A DNA stretch of 64,000 bases from a bacterium (GCA_018672055.1 JABHGM010000001.1:432679-496678), one strand, 5' to 3'; positions 19,210 to 29,393 are shown, numbered from the stretch's first letter. The notes: generated by a model from the letters alone, not told the origin. Program-made: numbers and translations.

Positions 19210-20208
19210 ATGAATATTTTATCTCTTAAAAAAATATTATCGTCTGAACCAAAGTTTAGATTTAAGCAGGTTATGCAAGCTATCTACGTAGATTTTGTTT
19301 ATGATTGGGATGAAGTTACAACTCTATCTAAAGAGTTACGTAGTAAATTAAATATAGAGGCTCCACTAGTCATAAATAGTGGCTTATCCGAAAGTAAGGA
19401 TAAAAATACAAATAAAGTTTTAATTACCCTTGAGGATGGATTGCAAATTGAAACTGTGTTAATGAAGCATATTAATGGTAGAAGAACTGTATGTGTCTCG
19501 TCTCAGGTCGGTTGTCCTTTAGCTTGTACATTTTGTGATACCGGGAAAATGGGATTTAAGAGAAATTTAACTAGTTATGAGATTATTGAACAAGTAATAT
19601 TTTGGGGCAGAATATTAAAGAAAAATAATGAAAGAGTTTCTAACGTTGTATTTATGGGAATGGGAGAACCGTTTTTAAATTATGATAATGTTATGAAGGC
19701 TATAAGGGTGTTAAACGATAAGGATGGTTTCGATATTGGTGCTCGTAAAATATCTATTTCAACAGCTGGACTAGTTACAGAAATAAGAAAATTGGCTAAA
19801 GAAGATATACAAGTTAATTTAGCAATTTCACTTCATGCACCAAATGATGTATTAAGAAGTAAATTAATGCCAGTAAATAAACAAGTATCTTTAAAAAAAT
19901 TATTTGAAGCTATAGATTATTATATTGATTTAACGAATAGGAAAGTTATGTTTGAATATCTCATGATAGATAAAATTAATGATAGTGAAATAGATGCAAA
20001 ACAATTAGCAGAATTAATGAGTAGGCCATTATATATGGTAAATTTAATTCCATATAATCCAACCAATAAATATCAACCATCATCCCAAAAAGCTATTGAT
20101 GTGTTTAAAAATATATTAAGGAAAAGAGGAGTTAATGTAAATCAGAGATTTGGTTTTGGTCAAGATATTAAAGCAGCCTGTGGCCAACTTGCGGGCAAGA
20201 AAAAATAA
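19210..20208 (+). CDS. rlmN: 23S rRNA/tRNA C2-methyltransferase RlmN (radical SAM)
   Basis: CVSSQVGCPLACTFC, FMGMGEPF, ISLHAP, AACGQL. Confidence 0.95.
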   Translation: MNILSLKKILSSEPKFRFKQVMQAIYVDFVYDWDEVTTLSKELRSKLNIEAPLVINSGLSESKDKNTNKVLITLEDGLQIETVLMKHINGRRTVCVSSQVGCPLACTFCDTGKMGFKRNLTSYEIIEQVIFWGRILKKNNERVSNVVFMGMGEPFLNYDNVMKAIRVLNDKDGFDIGARKISISTAGLVTEIRKLAKEDIQVNLAISLHAPNDVLRSKLMPVNKQVSLKKLFEAIDYYIDLTNRKVMFEYLMIDKINDSEIDAKQLAELMSRPLYMVNLIPYNPTNKYQPSSQKAIDVFKNILRKRGVNVNQRFGFGQDIKAACGQLAGKKK

Positions 20209-20268
20209 TATTATTTGATACCATTTGATTAGATTTGAACTTATAATAAGATTAATTATTTATTAAAT

Positions 20269-20700
20269 ATGGCTAAGCCAAAACACAGTAAGAATAAAGA
20301 TGGTAAATTAATGCATTATACAGCAGGAGCACTGATTAAGAGAGGTGATAAGTATCTTTTAATTGATCGAGTGAAGCCACCATTAGGCTTTGCTGGCGTA
20401 GCTGGACATATTGATGAAGGAGAAGATGAAACACAAGCTTTGAAACGTGAGGTTGAAGAAGAAAGTGGATTAAAGGTAGATGATTATAAAATTCTTTTTG
20501 AAGAAGAATTAAATTGGAATTGGTGTAGCAAGGGAGCTGATAGCCATTATTGGTATTTATTTGAATGTGATGTATCTGGTGAAATTAAGCAGAATTATAA
20601 TGAAACTAAGTCTATTGGTTGGTACACTGTAGATGAAATTAAAAAATTAAAATTAGAACCAGTTTGGGAATACTGGTTTAAGAAATTAAAGATAATTTAA
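20269..20700 (+). CDS. NUDIX hydrolase
   Basis: Nudix box GHIDEGEDETQALKREVEEESGL. Confidence 0.9.
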   Translation: MAKPKHSKNKDGKLMHYTAGALIKRGDKYLLIDRVKPPLGFAGVAGHIDEGEDETQALKREVEEESGLKVDDYKILFEEELNWNWCSKGADSHYWYLFECDVSGEIKQNYNETKSIGWYTVDEIKKLKLEPVWEYWFKKLKII

Positions 20701-20769
20701 TATGAAACCATCTATCAAAATAGGTGGTTTTTTGATAGAATATATTTATTAATAATTAACATATTATTT

Positions 20770-21660
20770 ATGTCAGTAAAAACGCAATTTTTAAAATTAA
20801 AAGAGAATTGGCTTTTAATTCTAGTTATTTTAATTATTCTAGTTGGTTTAACCTATAATGGTAATGGTCCATCTACTTTTTTAAGTAAAGCTACTAATAT
20901 GGCTGTCAATCAATTGGCAGAAACTGCATCATTTGGTGCTGATATGGCTCTATCATCATATAGACCAAGCTATGACGAAGATTTTGCTCCTGGGATAGAA
21001 GATAGGCAAATAACTAAAACAGCTAATTTATCAAGTGAAGTTGAAAGAGGGGATTTTAATACTGCAGAGAGTCAGTTAAAAAATATTATTAATTCTAGTG
21101 ATTCTTTTTTACTTGATGAAAATGTTAGTAAAAATGGAATCGGTGTTAAAGAATATTTGACTGGTAGGTATAGAATGAAAGTAGATGTTACTAAATATGA
21201 TTCAGTAATTTCTCAATTAAAAGAGATTGGTGATGTACAAAGTTTTAGCGAAAACTCAGATGATATTACTGGTCAATATAATAATCTAGGAATAGAGTTA
21301 GATATTGAAAGAGAACGTTTAAATAGGTATTGGCAATTATTTAATCAGTCTACTAAAATTGAAGACAAGATTACTCTAAATGATAGGATATTTAATCAGG
21401 AACGAACTATTAAATATTATGAAGATAGATTAAATAAGTTAGATAATAAAATTGAGTATTCTACAGTTAATTTAACCATTTCAGAAGAAAGGTCTAATTT
21501 CTTTGAAGCTAGTTTTGTTAAGTTATCGGTTTTAGCTAAATCATTTGTGGGTAGTATAAATAGCTTATTAATAATAATAATAACTATTATTCCATACTTA
21601 ATAGTTTTTGGATTAATATATTATATTATCAAGTGGTTTAGAGCTAAGAAGATATATTAG
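20770..21660 (+). CDS. DUF4349-domain membrane protein
   Basis: N-terminal TM, R.ITKTANL, DITGQY coiled coil, YSTVNLTISE, C-terminal TM. Confidence 0.8.
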   Translation: MSVKTQFLKLKENWLLILVILIILVGLTYNGNGPSTFLSKATNMAVNQLAETASFGADMALSSYRPSYDEDFAPGIEDRQITKTANLSSEVERGDFNTAESQLKNIINSSDSFLLDENVSKNGIGVKEYLTGRYRMKVDVTKYDSVISQLKEIGDVQSFSENSDDITGQYNNLGIELDIERERLNRYWQLFNQSTKIEDKITLNDRIFNQERTIKYYEDRLNKLDNKIEYSTVNLTISEERSNFFEASFVKLSVLAKSFVGSINSLLIIIITIIPYLIVFGLIYYIIKWFRAKKIY

Positions 21661-21679
21661 TTAAATAAAATATATAGTA

Positions 21680-21709
21680 AGAAGCTATCTGGATTAGGTA
21701 GCTTCTTTT
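21680..21709 (+). terminator. Intrinsic terminator
   Basis: AGAAGCTATCT-GGATT-AGGTAGCTTCT followed by a T-run. Confidence 0.7.
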
Positions 21710-21777
21710 ATTAGTTTAAAACATAAAAAAATGGTATAATATTGTTAGATTAATCACTAAATCTAATTTTTAAAATT

Positions 21778-22134
21778 ATGTCCACAAAGAAAAAAATACT
21801 TATCGGAGAAGATGAAAGGCCAATGGCAAAAGCTTTAGAGCTTAAATTAAATAGCGTTGGTTTTGAAGCTAAGGCTGTTTTTAATGGAAATGAAGTAATT
21901 GAGGAATTAACTACTAATAAGTATGATTTGTTGTTACTTGATTTAATTATGCCTAAGCTAGGAGGTTTAGAAGTTATTAGAGAAGCTGGTAAAGAACAAA
22001 ATATTATTGTTGTTTCTGCTGTAGGACAGGATAAAGTAGTTAAAGAGGCTAAAGATTTAGGCGCTAAAGGCTATATAGTAAAACCCTTTGACAATAAACA
22101 AGTGATTGAGGAAATAAATAAAGTTTTAGGTTAA
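21778..22134 (+). CDS. cheY: Single-domain response regulator, CheY-like
   Basis: ED, LLDLIMP, VSAVGQ, KPF; first gene of the che cluster. Confidence 0.75.
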   Translation: MSTKKKILIGEDERPMAKALELKLNSVGFEAKAVFNGNEVIEELTTNKYDLLLLDLIMPKLGGLEVIREAGKEQNIIVVSAVGQDKVVKEAKDLGAKGYIVKPFDNKQVIEEINKVLG

Positions 22135-22155
22135 TATTTAAGTGAATATTAATTC

Positions 22156-23199
22156 ATGGTTAAGAAGAAAAAAATAAAAGTTCTTATTGTTGATGATTCT
22201 TTTTTTATGAAAAAGCTCTTACGAGAGCTTCTTTCGTCAGATTCTAGTATTGAAGTAGTAGGTGAAGCTAAAACTGGTTCAGAAGCAATAGGTGAAACAT
22301 TAAGGTTAAAACCTGATGTTATTACTATGGACTATAATATGCCTGGTATGACAGGCGCTGAAGCTATTAGAACGATTATTAATAATGATAAGCTAGAAAG
22401 ACCAGCCATTATAATGCTTTCTGCTTACGCTAAAGAAGGCGCTGATGAAACTATTGAATGTTTAAGAGCTGGTGCTGTAGATTTTATTGCTAAACCTTCT
22501 GGAGAGTTATCACTTGATATTGAAAAAATAAGAGAGGATATATTAAAAAAAATACATACCGCTAAACTTGCTAGAATTCGTAGATTTCCAGGCACTAAAA
22601 AGAGAAGTGGTAAAGTGTCATTTAAAAATATAAAAGGAAGTAAGATTATAGTAATTGGTGCTTCAACTGGAGGTCCGCCTGTAGTTGAAGATATATTACT
22701 TGCCTTACCAAAGAATATTCCGGCTACAATATTTGTAGCTCAACATATGCCAGATTTTTTTATAAGTCGTTTTGCAGAAAGACTTGATAAATTAATGGAT
22801 TTAAAAGTTAAAGTGTTATCAGATAATTCACTTATTGCTCCTAAACAAGTAATTATAGTAAATGATAATTTTAAAATAATTGGTGATAAGATTAAAAGAA
22901 TAAAAATTTGTAAAGTAGATGAAGAATGTGGTGCTAGACCATCTATTGATAGTACAATGATTTCATTATCAAAAGCTTATGGTAAAAAAGTAATAGGTAT
23001 TATGCTATCAGGTATGGGTGAAGATGGATTTGAAGGTTTTAAAGAGATTAGAAGAAATAAAGGATTTACTATAGCTCAGGATTTAAAAACTGCAGTAATA
23101 ACTTCTATGCCTGAAACAGTAATAGAAGCAGGTTTAACGGATTCTGTACTATCACCTAATAAAATAGCTAAAAAGATTATTGAATTATGTAGTGAATAA
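22156..23199 (+). CDS. cheB: Chemotaxis protein-glutamate methylesterase
   Basis: REC domain (IVDDS, MDYNMP) plus GASTGG, QHMP, GMGEDG catalytic motifs. Confidence 0.95.
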   Translation: MVKKKKIKVLIVDDSFFMKKLLRELLSSDSSIEVVGEAKTGSEAIGETLRLKPDVITMDYNMPGMTGAEAIRTIINNDKLERPAIIMLSAYAKEGADETIECLRAGAVDFIAKPSGELSLDIEKIREDILKKIHTAKLARIRRFPGTKKRSGKVSFKNIKGSKIIVIGASTGGPPVVEDILLALPKNIPATIFVAQHMPDFFISRFAERLDKLMDLKVKVLSDNSLIAPKQVIIVNDNFKIIGDKIKRIKICKVDEECGARPSIDSTMISLSKAYGKKVIGIMLSGMGEDGFEGFKEIRRNKGFTIAQDLKTAVITSMPETVIEAGLTDSVLSPNKIAKKIIELCSE

Positions 23200-23201
23200 A
23201 T

Positions 23202-24974
23202 ATGATTGATCTATCAAAATTTAAAGATATATACGTTAGTGAAACTGAAGACCATTTACAAAAATTAAATGATAATCTTTTAGCATTAGAGAAAGACTTG
23301 TCAAATAAATCATTACTTAATGAATTAATGAGATCAGCTCATACTTTAAAGAGCTCATCAGCTACAATGGGATTTAATGATATGGCATTTCTAACTCATG
23401 TATTAGAAGATGTATTTGATTATGCTAGGAATGATCTATTTAATATTACTTCAGAAACAGTTACTAAATTATTTGAAGCTATAGATAGTTTAGATAATTC
23501 ATTAAAAAGTGTTAAAGAGAAAAATAAGGAATCAGATTTAAAAAAAGTAATTGAGAATATTAAAAAGATTACTGGCGTTAAAACAGAAGGTATTGGAAAA
23601 TCTGTTAGACATGAAGATGGTAAACCACTTGTTGAAAAAAAAGAAGTAAAAAGTGGTGATAATAAGTTAGATGAATTAAAAGAAGCAGATAAAATAACAT
23701 CTATTAAAGTACCGGTTGAGAGATTAGATAAATTAATGGATTTAACTGAAGAGTTATTAATAGATAGAATGAGAATTGAAACCATATCAGGGTATGATTT
23801 AGATAGTAGTTTAACAGATGAAAAGTTAACTTTAGAAAGCCTATTATTTAAGTTAACACCTGCTGTTGAGCATTTAAGTGGCTTAATCTCTAATTTACAA
23901 TATTTAGTCATGCAAGCACGTTTAGTGCCTCTTGGGCAAATATTTGCTCGTTTTCCACGCATGATTAGAGATTTAGCTACTGAAAAGAAGAAAAAAATTA
24001 ATTTAGAAATAAGTGGTGAAGATTTAGAAGTTGATAGAACCATAGTTGATAAATTAGGTGAACCTATTGTACATTTACTTAGAAATGCTTTAGATCATGG
24101 TATTGATACTGAAGGTACTATTAAATTAAAAGCAATACGTGAAAAAGATTTTGTATCAGTTATTGTTGAAGATAATGGCTTAGGAATTGATTTTAAAGAA
24201 GTCGTAGAAGCAGCTGTAAGAAAGAATATAATTGGTAATGATGAAGGAAATAATTATTTAAGTAAGATAGAAAAGAATAAGATATTTGATTACGGTGCTG
24301 ACAAGAAATATGTTGCTGATAGAAAACAAATTGAAGATATATTATTTAATCCAAGACTTAGTACTAATAAGCAAGTTACTAAAACTTCAGGAAGAGGAGT
24401 GGGCTTAAGTGTTGTTAAAAAGTTTAGTGAAGAAATAAATGGTAACATCATATTAGAATCACCATTATCTAAAAAAGGTGGTACTAGATTTACTTTAGAG
24501 TTACCACTTACACTAGCAATAATAAATGCATTACTTGTTAAAATAGATAATTCTATGTTTGCTATACCGTTTTCTAGTATTGCCAGAGCAGTTTCAGTAA
24601 AACCTGAAGATATTAAGAGTATGGCAGATCAAGATGTGGCTGTTGTTGATAATATGAGAGTGCCACTTGTAGATTTAGAAAGAGTATTTCATTTAGTAAA
24701 GCCATTACAAGGTAAAAAAACTATACAACAGCTTGAAAAAGAGAGTAAGCAAATTAATAAGACGGTTGTTTTAGTAAAACGTGGTAAAGAATTAGCTGGT
24801 ATAATAGTAGATAGGTTATTAAATGAGCAAGAAATTATTGTTAAACCATTACCTTCTGTTTTAAAAGGTGTAAAAGGATTTTCTGGCTCTACTATACTTG
24901 GTGATGGTGAAACTATACTTATTCTAGATGTTATTACTTTATTACAAGATTCAAGTAAATTAATTAGAGTTTAA
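23202..24974 (+). CDS. cheA: Chemotaxis histidine kinase lacking a P2 domain
   Basis: Hpt AHTLKS, dimerisation RLDKLMDL, HLLRNALDHGI, DNGLGID, SGRGVGL, C-terminal CheW-like P5. Confidence 0.96.
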   Translation: MIDLSKFKDIYVSETEDHLQKLNDNLLALEKDLSNKSLLNELMRSAHTLKSSSATMGFNDMAFLTHVLEDVFDYARNDLFNITSETVTKLFEAIDSLDNSLKSVKEKNKESDLKKVIENIKKITGVKTEGIGKSVRHEDGKPLVEKKEVKSGDNKLDELKEADKITSIKVPVERLDKLMDLTEELLIDRMRIETISGYDLDSSLTDEKLTLESLLFKLTPAVEHLSGLISNLQYLVMQARLVPLGQIFARFPRMIRDLATEKKKKINLEISGEDLEVDRTIVDKLGEPIVHLLRNALDHGIDTEGTIKLKAIREKDFVSVIVEDNGLGIDFKEVVEAAVRKNIIGNDEGNNYLSKIEKNKIFDYGADKKYVADRKQIEDILFNPRLSTNKQVTKTSGRGVGLSVVKKFSEEINGNIILESPLSKKGGTRFTLELPLTLAIINALLVKIDNSMFAIPFSSIARAVSVKPEDIKSMADQDVAVVDNMRVPLVDLERVFHLVKPLQGKKTIQQLEKESKQINKTVVLVKRGKELAGIIVDRLLNEQEIIVKPLPSVLKGVKGFSGSTILGDGETILILDVITLLQDSSKLIRV

Positions 24975-24984
24975 AATATATTTT

Positions 24985-25599
24985 ATGGCTAAAAAAATAA
25001 CAAGTTTTGAAATTGATCAATTGAAGGAGATTACAAATATAGGGGCAGGTAATGCAAGTACTGCTTTATCACATATGCTTGGTAAAAAAGTACAAATGAC
25101 TGTACCAGAATCATATGTAGGTAAGATAGAAGAAGTTCAGAGAAATTTTGGAGAAGCTTCTGATAAAGTATTAGCTTTATTTCTTAAGATGCACGGAGAT
25201 TTAGAAGGAGCTATGGCTATGATATTTAAGCCAGAAGATGCCTTATCCTTTATGGAAATACTTACTAAGAAGAAAAAGAAAAGCCTTGATGAAATGGATG
25301 AATTAGATGAGTCATCCATTTTAGAAGTAGGTAATATATTACTTGGAGCTTCTATTACTGCTCTAGCTAAATTTTTAGATTTAAATATTACTCATACAAT
25401 TCCTGATATGACAGTTAATATGCTTGGTGCTATTATGGATACTGTTTTATTAGAAATAGGTAGTGATAGTGAAGAAATATTAGCATTTAAAGTTAACTTA
25501 CACTTTTCTGACGATAACATTGGTGGAGATATTTATTATATCTTTGATCCTGCAGCCAGTGGTATTATTTTAAAAGCTACTAAGGAGAAAGTTAAATAA
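24985..25599 (+). CDS. cheC: CheY-P phosphatase CheC
   Basis: Two E-x2-N motifs: EITNIGAGNASTAL and EVGNILLG. Confidence 0.92.
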   Translation: MAKKITSFEIDQLKEITNIGAGNASTALSHMLGKKVQMTVPESYVGKIEEVQRNFGEASDKVLALFLKMHGDLEGAMAMIFKPEDALSFMEILTKKKKKSLDEMDELDESSILEVGNILLGASITALAKFLDLNITHTIPDMTVNMLGAIMDTVLLEIGSDSEEILAFKVNLHFSDDNIGGDIYYIFDPAASGIILKATKEKVK

Positions 25600-26076
25600 A
25601 TGAGTGAAGAAATACATATTAAAACTGCAGAGCTTGTAGTAAGTCATAATGATAATATATTAAAGTCAGGAAGTATTGGCTCTTGTATTGTTATTACATT
25701 ATATGATACTAAAAAAAGAATAGGTGGTATGGCTCATGCTATGCTTCCACATAGAAAAAATAAAATGAAAAACTATGAGGTAAAACCTACTGAAGCAAAG
25801 TATGTTGATGAAGCTGTTGATAATTTAATGAAGGGAATTAAGGATATGGGTGGTGATATTACTGCTTTGGAAGCAAAAATAATAGGTGGGGCTACTATGT
25901 TTAAGAAATTATCAGGTGATAAATTTGGTATAGGTTATAGAAATATAGAGAAGGCTAAAAAAGTCTTACAAAGCCATAAAATAAAGATAGAAAAAGAAGA
26001 TACTGGCGGTAGTAATGGTAAAATGGTAGAATTTAATTTAGCTAATGGAGTAATCCATATATCTACTAATATATAA
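25600..26076 (+). CDS. cheD: Chemoreceptor glutamine deamidase CheD
   Basis: IGSCI, GGMAHAMLP, AKIIGGA, IGYRN, EDTGG. Confidence 0.93.
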   Translation: MSEEIHIKTAELVVSHNDNILKSGSIGSCIVITLYDTKKRIGGMAHAMLPHRKNKMKNYEVKPTEAKYVDEAVDNLMKGIKDMGGDITALEAKIIGGATMFKKLSGDKFGIGYRNIEKAKKVLQSHKIKIEKEDTGGSNGKMVEFNLANGVIHISTNI

Positions 26077-26080
26077 AAAT

Positions 26081-26455
26081 ATGACTAAAAAAAAGATTTT
26101 AATCGTAGATGATGAAGCACCATTGTCAAAAGTATTAAAAGATAAATTCGAATCAACTGGTTTTGAAGTATTAACAGCTAAAAATGGAGAAGAGGGTTTA
26201 ATGAAAGCTGTTACTCAAAAACCAGACTTAATCTTGCTTGATATAGTTATGCCTAGATTAGATGGTATGACTATGCTTAAAAAGTTAAGAGAAGATGAGT
26301 GGGGCAAGGGTGTAGAGGTTATACTCTTAACAAATTTGAGTGATAATGATAAGGTAAGGCAAGCTTTAAAGAATAATGTATATGATTATTTAATTAAATC
26401 TAATTGGAAACTTGAAGATTTAGTAATAAAAGTAAAAGAAAAATTAGAAGTTTAA
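26081..26455 (+). CDS. Single-domain response regulator
   Basis: IVDDE, LLDIVMP, LTN, KSNW. Confidence 0.92.
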   Translation: MTKKKILIVDDEAPLSKVLKDKFESTGFEVLTAKNGEEGLMKAVTQKPDLILLDIVMPRLDGMTMLKKLREDEWGKGVEVILLTNLSDNDKVRQALKNNVYDYLIKSNWKLEDLVIKVKEKLEV

Positions 26456-26459
26456 ACAT

Positions 26460-26846
26460 ATGAATGATAATAAAACAGTATTAATATTAATAGTTGAAGA
26501 TGAAAAGCCATTAAGAGAAGCTCTTAAAACTAAATTAAGAAGTGAAGGTTTTGATGTTATGGAAGCAGCTAATGGAGAAGAAGGCTTAGAGATTATAAAT
26601 AGCAAGAAACCAGATTTAGTATTACTTGATTTAATGATGCCTGGTATCCCAGGAGAACAAGTATTAAAAGAAATGAATGATTCAGGTTTAATTAAAGAAA
26701 TACCTGTTATTGTGTTATCTGTTAAGGGTAATGATACTACGATAAGGAATTGCATTGATCAATTAGGAGCTGTTGATTATATGAGTAAGTCAGATTATTC
26801 ATTAAAGGAAATAGTTGAAAAAATTAACAAATTATTAAAAATATAA
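26460..26846 (+). CDS. Single-domain response regulator
   Basis: IVEDE, LLDLMMP, LSV, KSDY. Confidence 0.92.
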   Translation: MNDNKTVLILIVEDEKPLREALKTKLRSEGFDVMEAANGEEGLEIINSKKPDLVLLDLMMPGIPGEQVLKEMNDSGLIKEIPVIVLSVKGNDTTIRNCIDQLGAVDYMSKSDYSLKEIVEKINKLLKI

Positions 26847-26848
26847 TT

Positions 26849-27214
26849 ATGAAAAAAGTTTTAGTTGTGGAGGATGAAAGAACATTAAGAGATGCTTTAG
26901 TTAAAAAGTTATCTAAAGAAGAATTTACAGTACTTTCTGCAAAAGATGGTAAAGAAGGATTAGATACTGCTCTAGCTGAACATCCTGATTTAATCTTACT
27001 TGATATTTTAATGCCTAAAATGAATGGCATTGAAGTGTTACAAAAGTTAAGAGAAGATGAATGGGGAGCTAAAGCAAAAGTAATTGTTTTAACTGTTTTA
27101 AATGATCAAAAGAAAATTTTAGAAGCTTTAGAAAAAGGAGCTTATGAATACCTTGTAAAGAGTGATTGGAAATTAGAAGACATTGTTGAAAGAGTCAAAG
27201 AAAAATTACAGTAG
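26849..27214 (+). CDS. Single-domain response regulator (paralog of 26081)
   Basis: VVEDE, LLDILMP, LTV, KSDW; shares KLREDEWG with 26081. Confidence 0.92.
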   Translation: MKKVLVVEDERTLRDALVKKLSKEEFTVLSAKDGKEGLDTALAEHPDLILLDILMPKMNGIEVLQKLREDEWGAKAKVIVLTVLNDQKKILEALEKGAYEYLVKSDWKLEDIVERVKEKLQ

Positions 27215-27304
27215 AAGCAATACATTTATTGTTATTTACTTTACCCATATAGTATGGGTTTAATTGCTATATTTGTAGTTTTAGTTCTCCTTATCAGTTA
27301 GCTT

Positions 27305-27856
27305 ATGACAATAGATAGAGAATATTTAGATAAAAGAATAAGAAAAGTACCTAACTTTCCAAAAGAAGGTATTCTTTTTTATGACATAACTACATTATTT
27401 GAAGATGCTGAAGCATTGATATTGATGATAGATGAATTATATGAAAGATATAAAGATAAGAATATAGATAAAGTAGTTGGTATTGATGCACGTGGTTTTT
27501 TAATAGCTTCAGCTCTGGCCTACAAATTAAATTGTGGTATTTCCGTAGTAAGGAAAAAAGGTAAGCTACCATTTAAAACAAGATCCGTAAGTTATGAAAA
27601 AGAGTATGGTTTAGATACTATTGAAATGCATGAAGATACTTTAAAAGAAAGTGAAAAAGTAGTTATTGTTGATGACTTATTGGCTACTGGTGGTACCATG
27701 CTTGCTACAGTTGAATTAGTAGAACAATTAAAAGCTAATATAGTTGGCATTGAACTTATTGTAAACCTTTCTTTTTTACCTGGTTTAGAAAAGTTAAAGA
27801 AGTTAAATTATGAGGTAAACTATTTAATTGATTATAATAACGAAGAAGTAAAATAA
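27305..27856 (+). CDS. apt: Adenine phosphoribosyltransferase
   Basis: FPKEGILFYDIT, ARGF, RKKGKLP, IVDDLLATGGT. Confidence 0.97.
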   Translation: MTIDREYLDKRIRKVPNFPKEGILFYDITTLFEDAEALILMIDELYERYKDKNIDKVVGIDARGFLIASALAYKLNCGISVVRKKGKLPFKTRSVSYEKEYGLDTIEMHEDTLKESEKVVIVDDLLATGGTMLATVELVEQLKANIVGIELIVNLSFLPGLEKLKKLNYEVNYLIDYNNEEVK

Positions 27857-27857
27857 T

Positions 27858-28634
27858 ATGTCAGAAAAGATTAAAATAGGTATAATTGGCGGTTCAGGGC
27901 TTGAAGATCCTAAATTTTTAAAAGATTTTAAGGATATTGAATTAGAAACTCCATATGGTAAAACTTCTTCTAAGATTACAACGGGGAGCATCAAAAATAT
28001 CGATGTAGCCATTATTTCTAGGTTCGGTAGAGATCACTCCATAAATCCGTCCAAAGTGCCTTATAGAGCCAATATTTGGGCTTTAAATGAGTTAAAATGC
28101 ACACATATCATAGCTACATCAGCTACAGGTTCATTAAAAGAAGAAATTAAGCCTGGTGACTTAGTTATGGTAGATCAGTTTATTGATTTTACTAGACTTC
28201 GGGAGCTAACATTTTTTGATGATAAGGTAGTTCATACTCCTATGGCTGAACCATTTTGTAATAAATTGAGAGACTTACTTAATAGGTCAGCTCAAGATTT
28301 AGATTTAAGTTTTCATGAAAAAGGTACTATAATAACTATAGAGGGTCCAAGATTTTCTACTAAAGCAGAATCACATATGTTTAAGGCTTGGGGAGCTGAT
28401 ATAATAAATATGTCTACTATTCCAGAAGCAAGTCTAGCTCGTGAACTTGGTATCTGCTATCAATTAATTGCTCTTATAACAGATTATGATTGTTGGAAAG
28501 AAAATGAAGAGGAAGTAACTTGGGAGATGATTTTAAAACAATTAGAATTAAATGCTTCAAAAGCTAAAGAGTTAATATTAAGTACAATTCCTAAAATAGA
28601 TTTTAAGGAATGTAAATTATGTAAAAAGGAATAA
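27858..28634 (+). CDS. mtnP: S-methyl-5'-thioadenosine phosphorylase
   Basis: IGIIGGSG, YRANIWAL, EGPRFSTKAES, TDYDCW. Confidence 0.92.
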   Translation: MSEKIKIGIIGGSGLEDPKFLKDFKDIELETPYGKTSSKITTGSIKNIDVAIISRFGRDHSINPSKVPYRANIWALNELKCTHIIATSATGSLKEEIKPGDLVMVDQFIDFTRLRELTFFDDKVVHTPMAEPFCNKLRDLLNRSAQDLDLSFHEKGTIITIEGPRFSTKAESHMFKAWGADIINMSTIPEASLARELGICYQLIALITDYDCWKENEEEVTWEMILKQLELNASKAKELILSTIPKIDFKECKLCKKE

Positions 28635-28639
28635 TATAT

Positions 28640-29386
28640 ATGATACAAATTTGGTTATATTCAATAATAAGTGTAGTAATAGTAAGTTTAATATCTTTAA
28701 TAGGTATATTAACTTTATCTATTAAGATTGATAAATTAAAAAAGATTTTAATCTTTTTTGTAAGTTTTTCAGCTGGTAGTTTACTGGGTGGAGCTTTTTT
28801 TCATTTATTACCAGAAACAGTAGCTAAGATTGGTTTTGGTTCAAAGCTCGCTTTTCTTTTAATAGCAGGTATATTTATATTTTTTATATTAGAAAAATAT
28901 ATTCATTGGCGTCATTGTCATGAACCAACATGCGAAGATCATCCTCATCATCTTGGGAAGATGAATTTAGTAGGGGACGGATTACATAATTTTATAGACG
29001 GATTAATTATTGCAGCATCATATTTAATTTCTGTGCCTCTTGGTGTAGCTACTACTATTGCTATTGTAGTCCATGAAATTCCTCAAGAAATAGGTGACTT
29101 TGGAGTTTTAATACACAGTGGCTTGTCAAAGTCTAAGGCTATATTATATAATTTAATCTCAGCTTCTCTAGCTATACTTGGTGTTTTAATTGGTTTATTA
29201 CTAGGATCCTATATTGATTCAGTAGTGGTATATATTTTACCTATTGCTGCTGCTGGCTTTATTTATATAGCTACAGCTGATTTAATACCTGAACTTCATA
29301 AAGAAACTAAGATGTCTAGGTCATTTATTCAAATAGTAAGTTTTTTACTAGGAGCATTTATAATGTATTTATTAACATTAATTTAA
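28640..29386 (+). CDS. ZIP family metal transporter
   Basis: HLLPE, HWRHCH, DGLHNFIDG, HEIPQEIGDFGVL. Confidence 0.93.
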   Translation: MIQIWLYSIISVVIVSLISLIGILTLSIKIDKLKKILIFFVSFSAGSLLGGAFFHLLPETVAKIGFGSKLAFLLIAGIFIFFILEKYIHWRHCHEPTCEDHPHHLGKMNLVGDGLHNFIDGLIIAASYLISVPLGVATTIAIVVHEIPQEIGDFGVLIHSGLSKSKAILYNLISASLAILGVLIGLLLGSYIDSVVVYILPIAAAGFIYIATADLIPELHKETKMSRSFIQIVSFLLGAFIMYLLTLI

Positions 29387-29393
29387 AAATATT

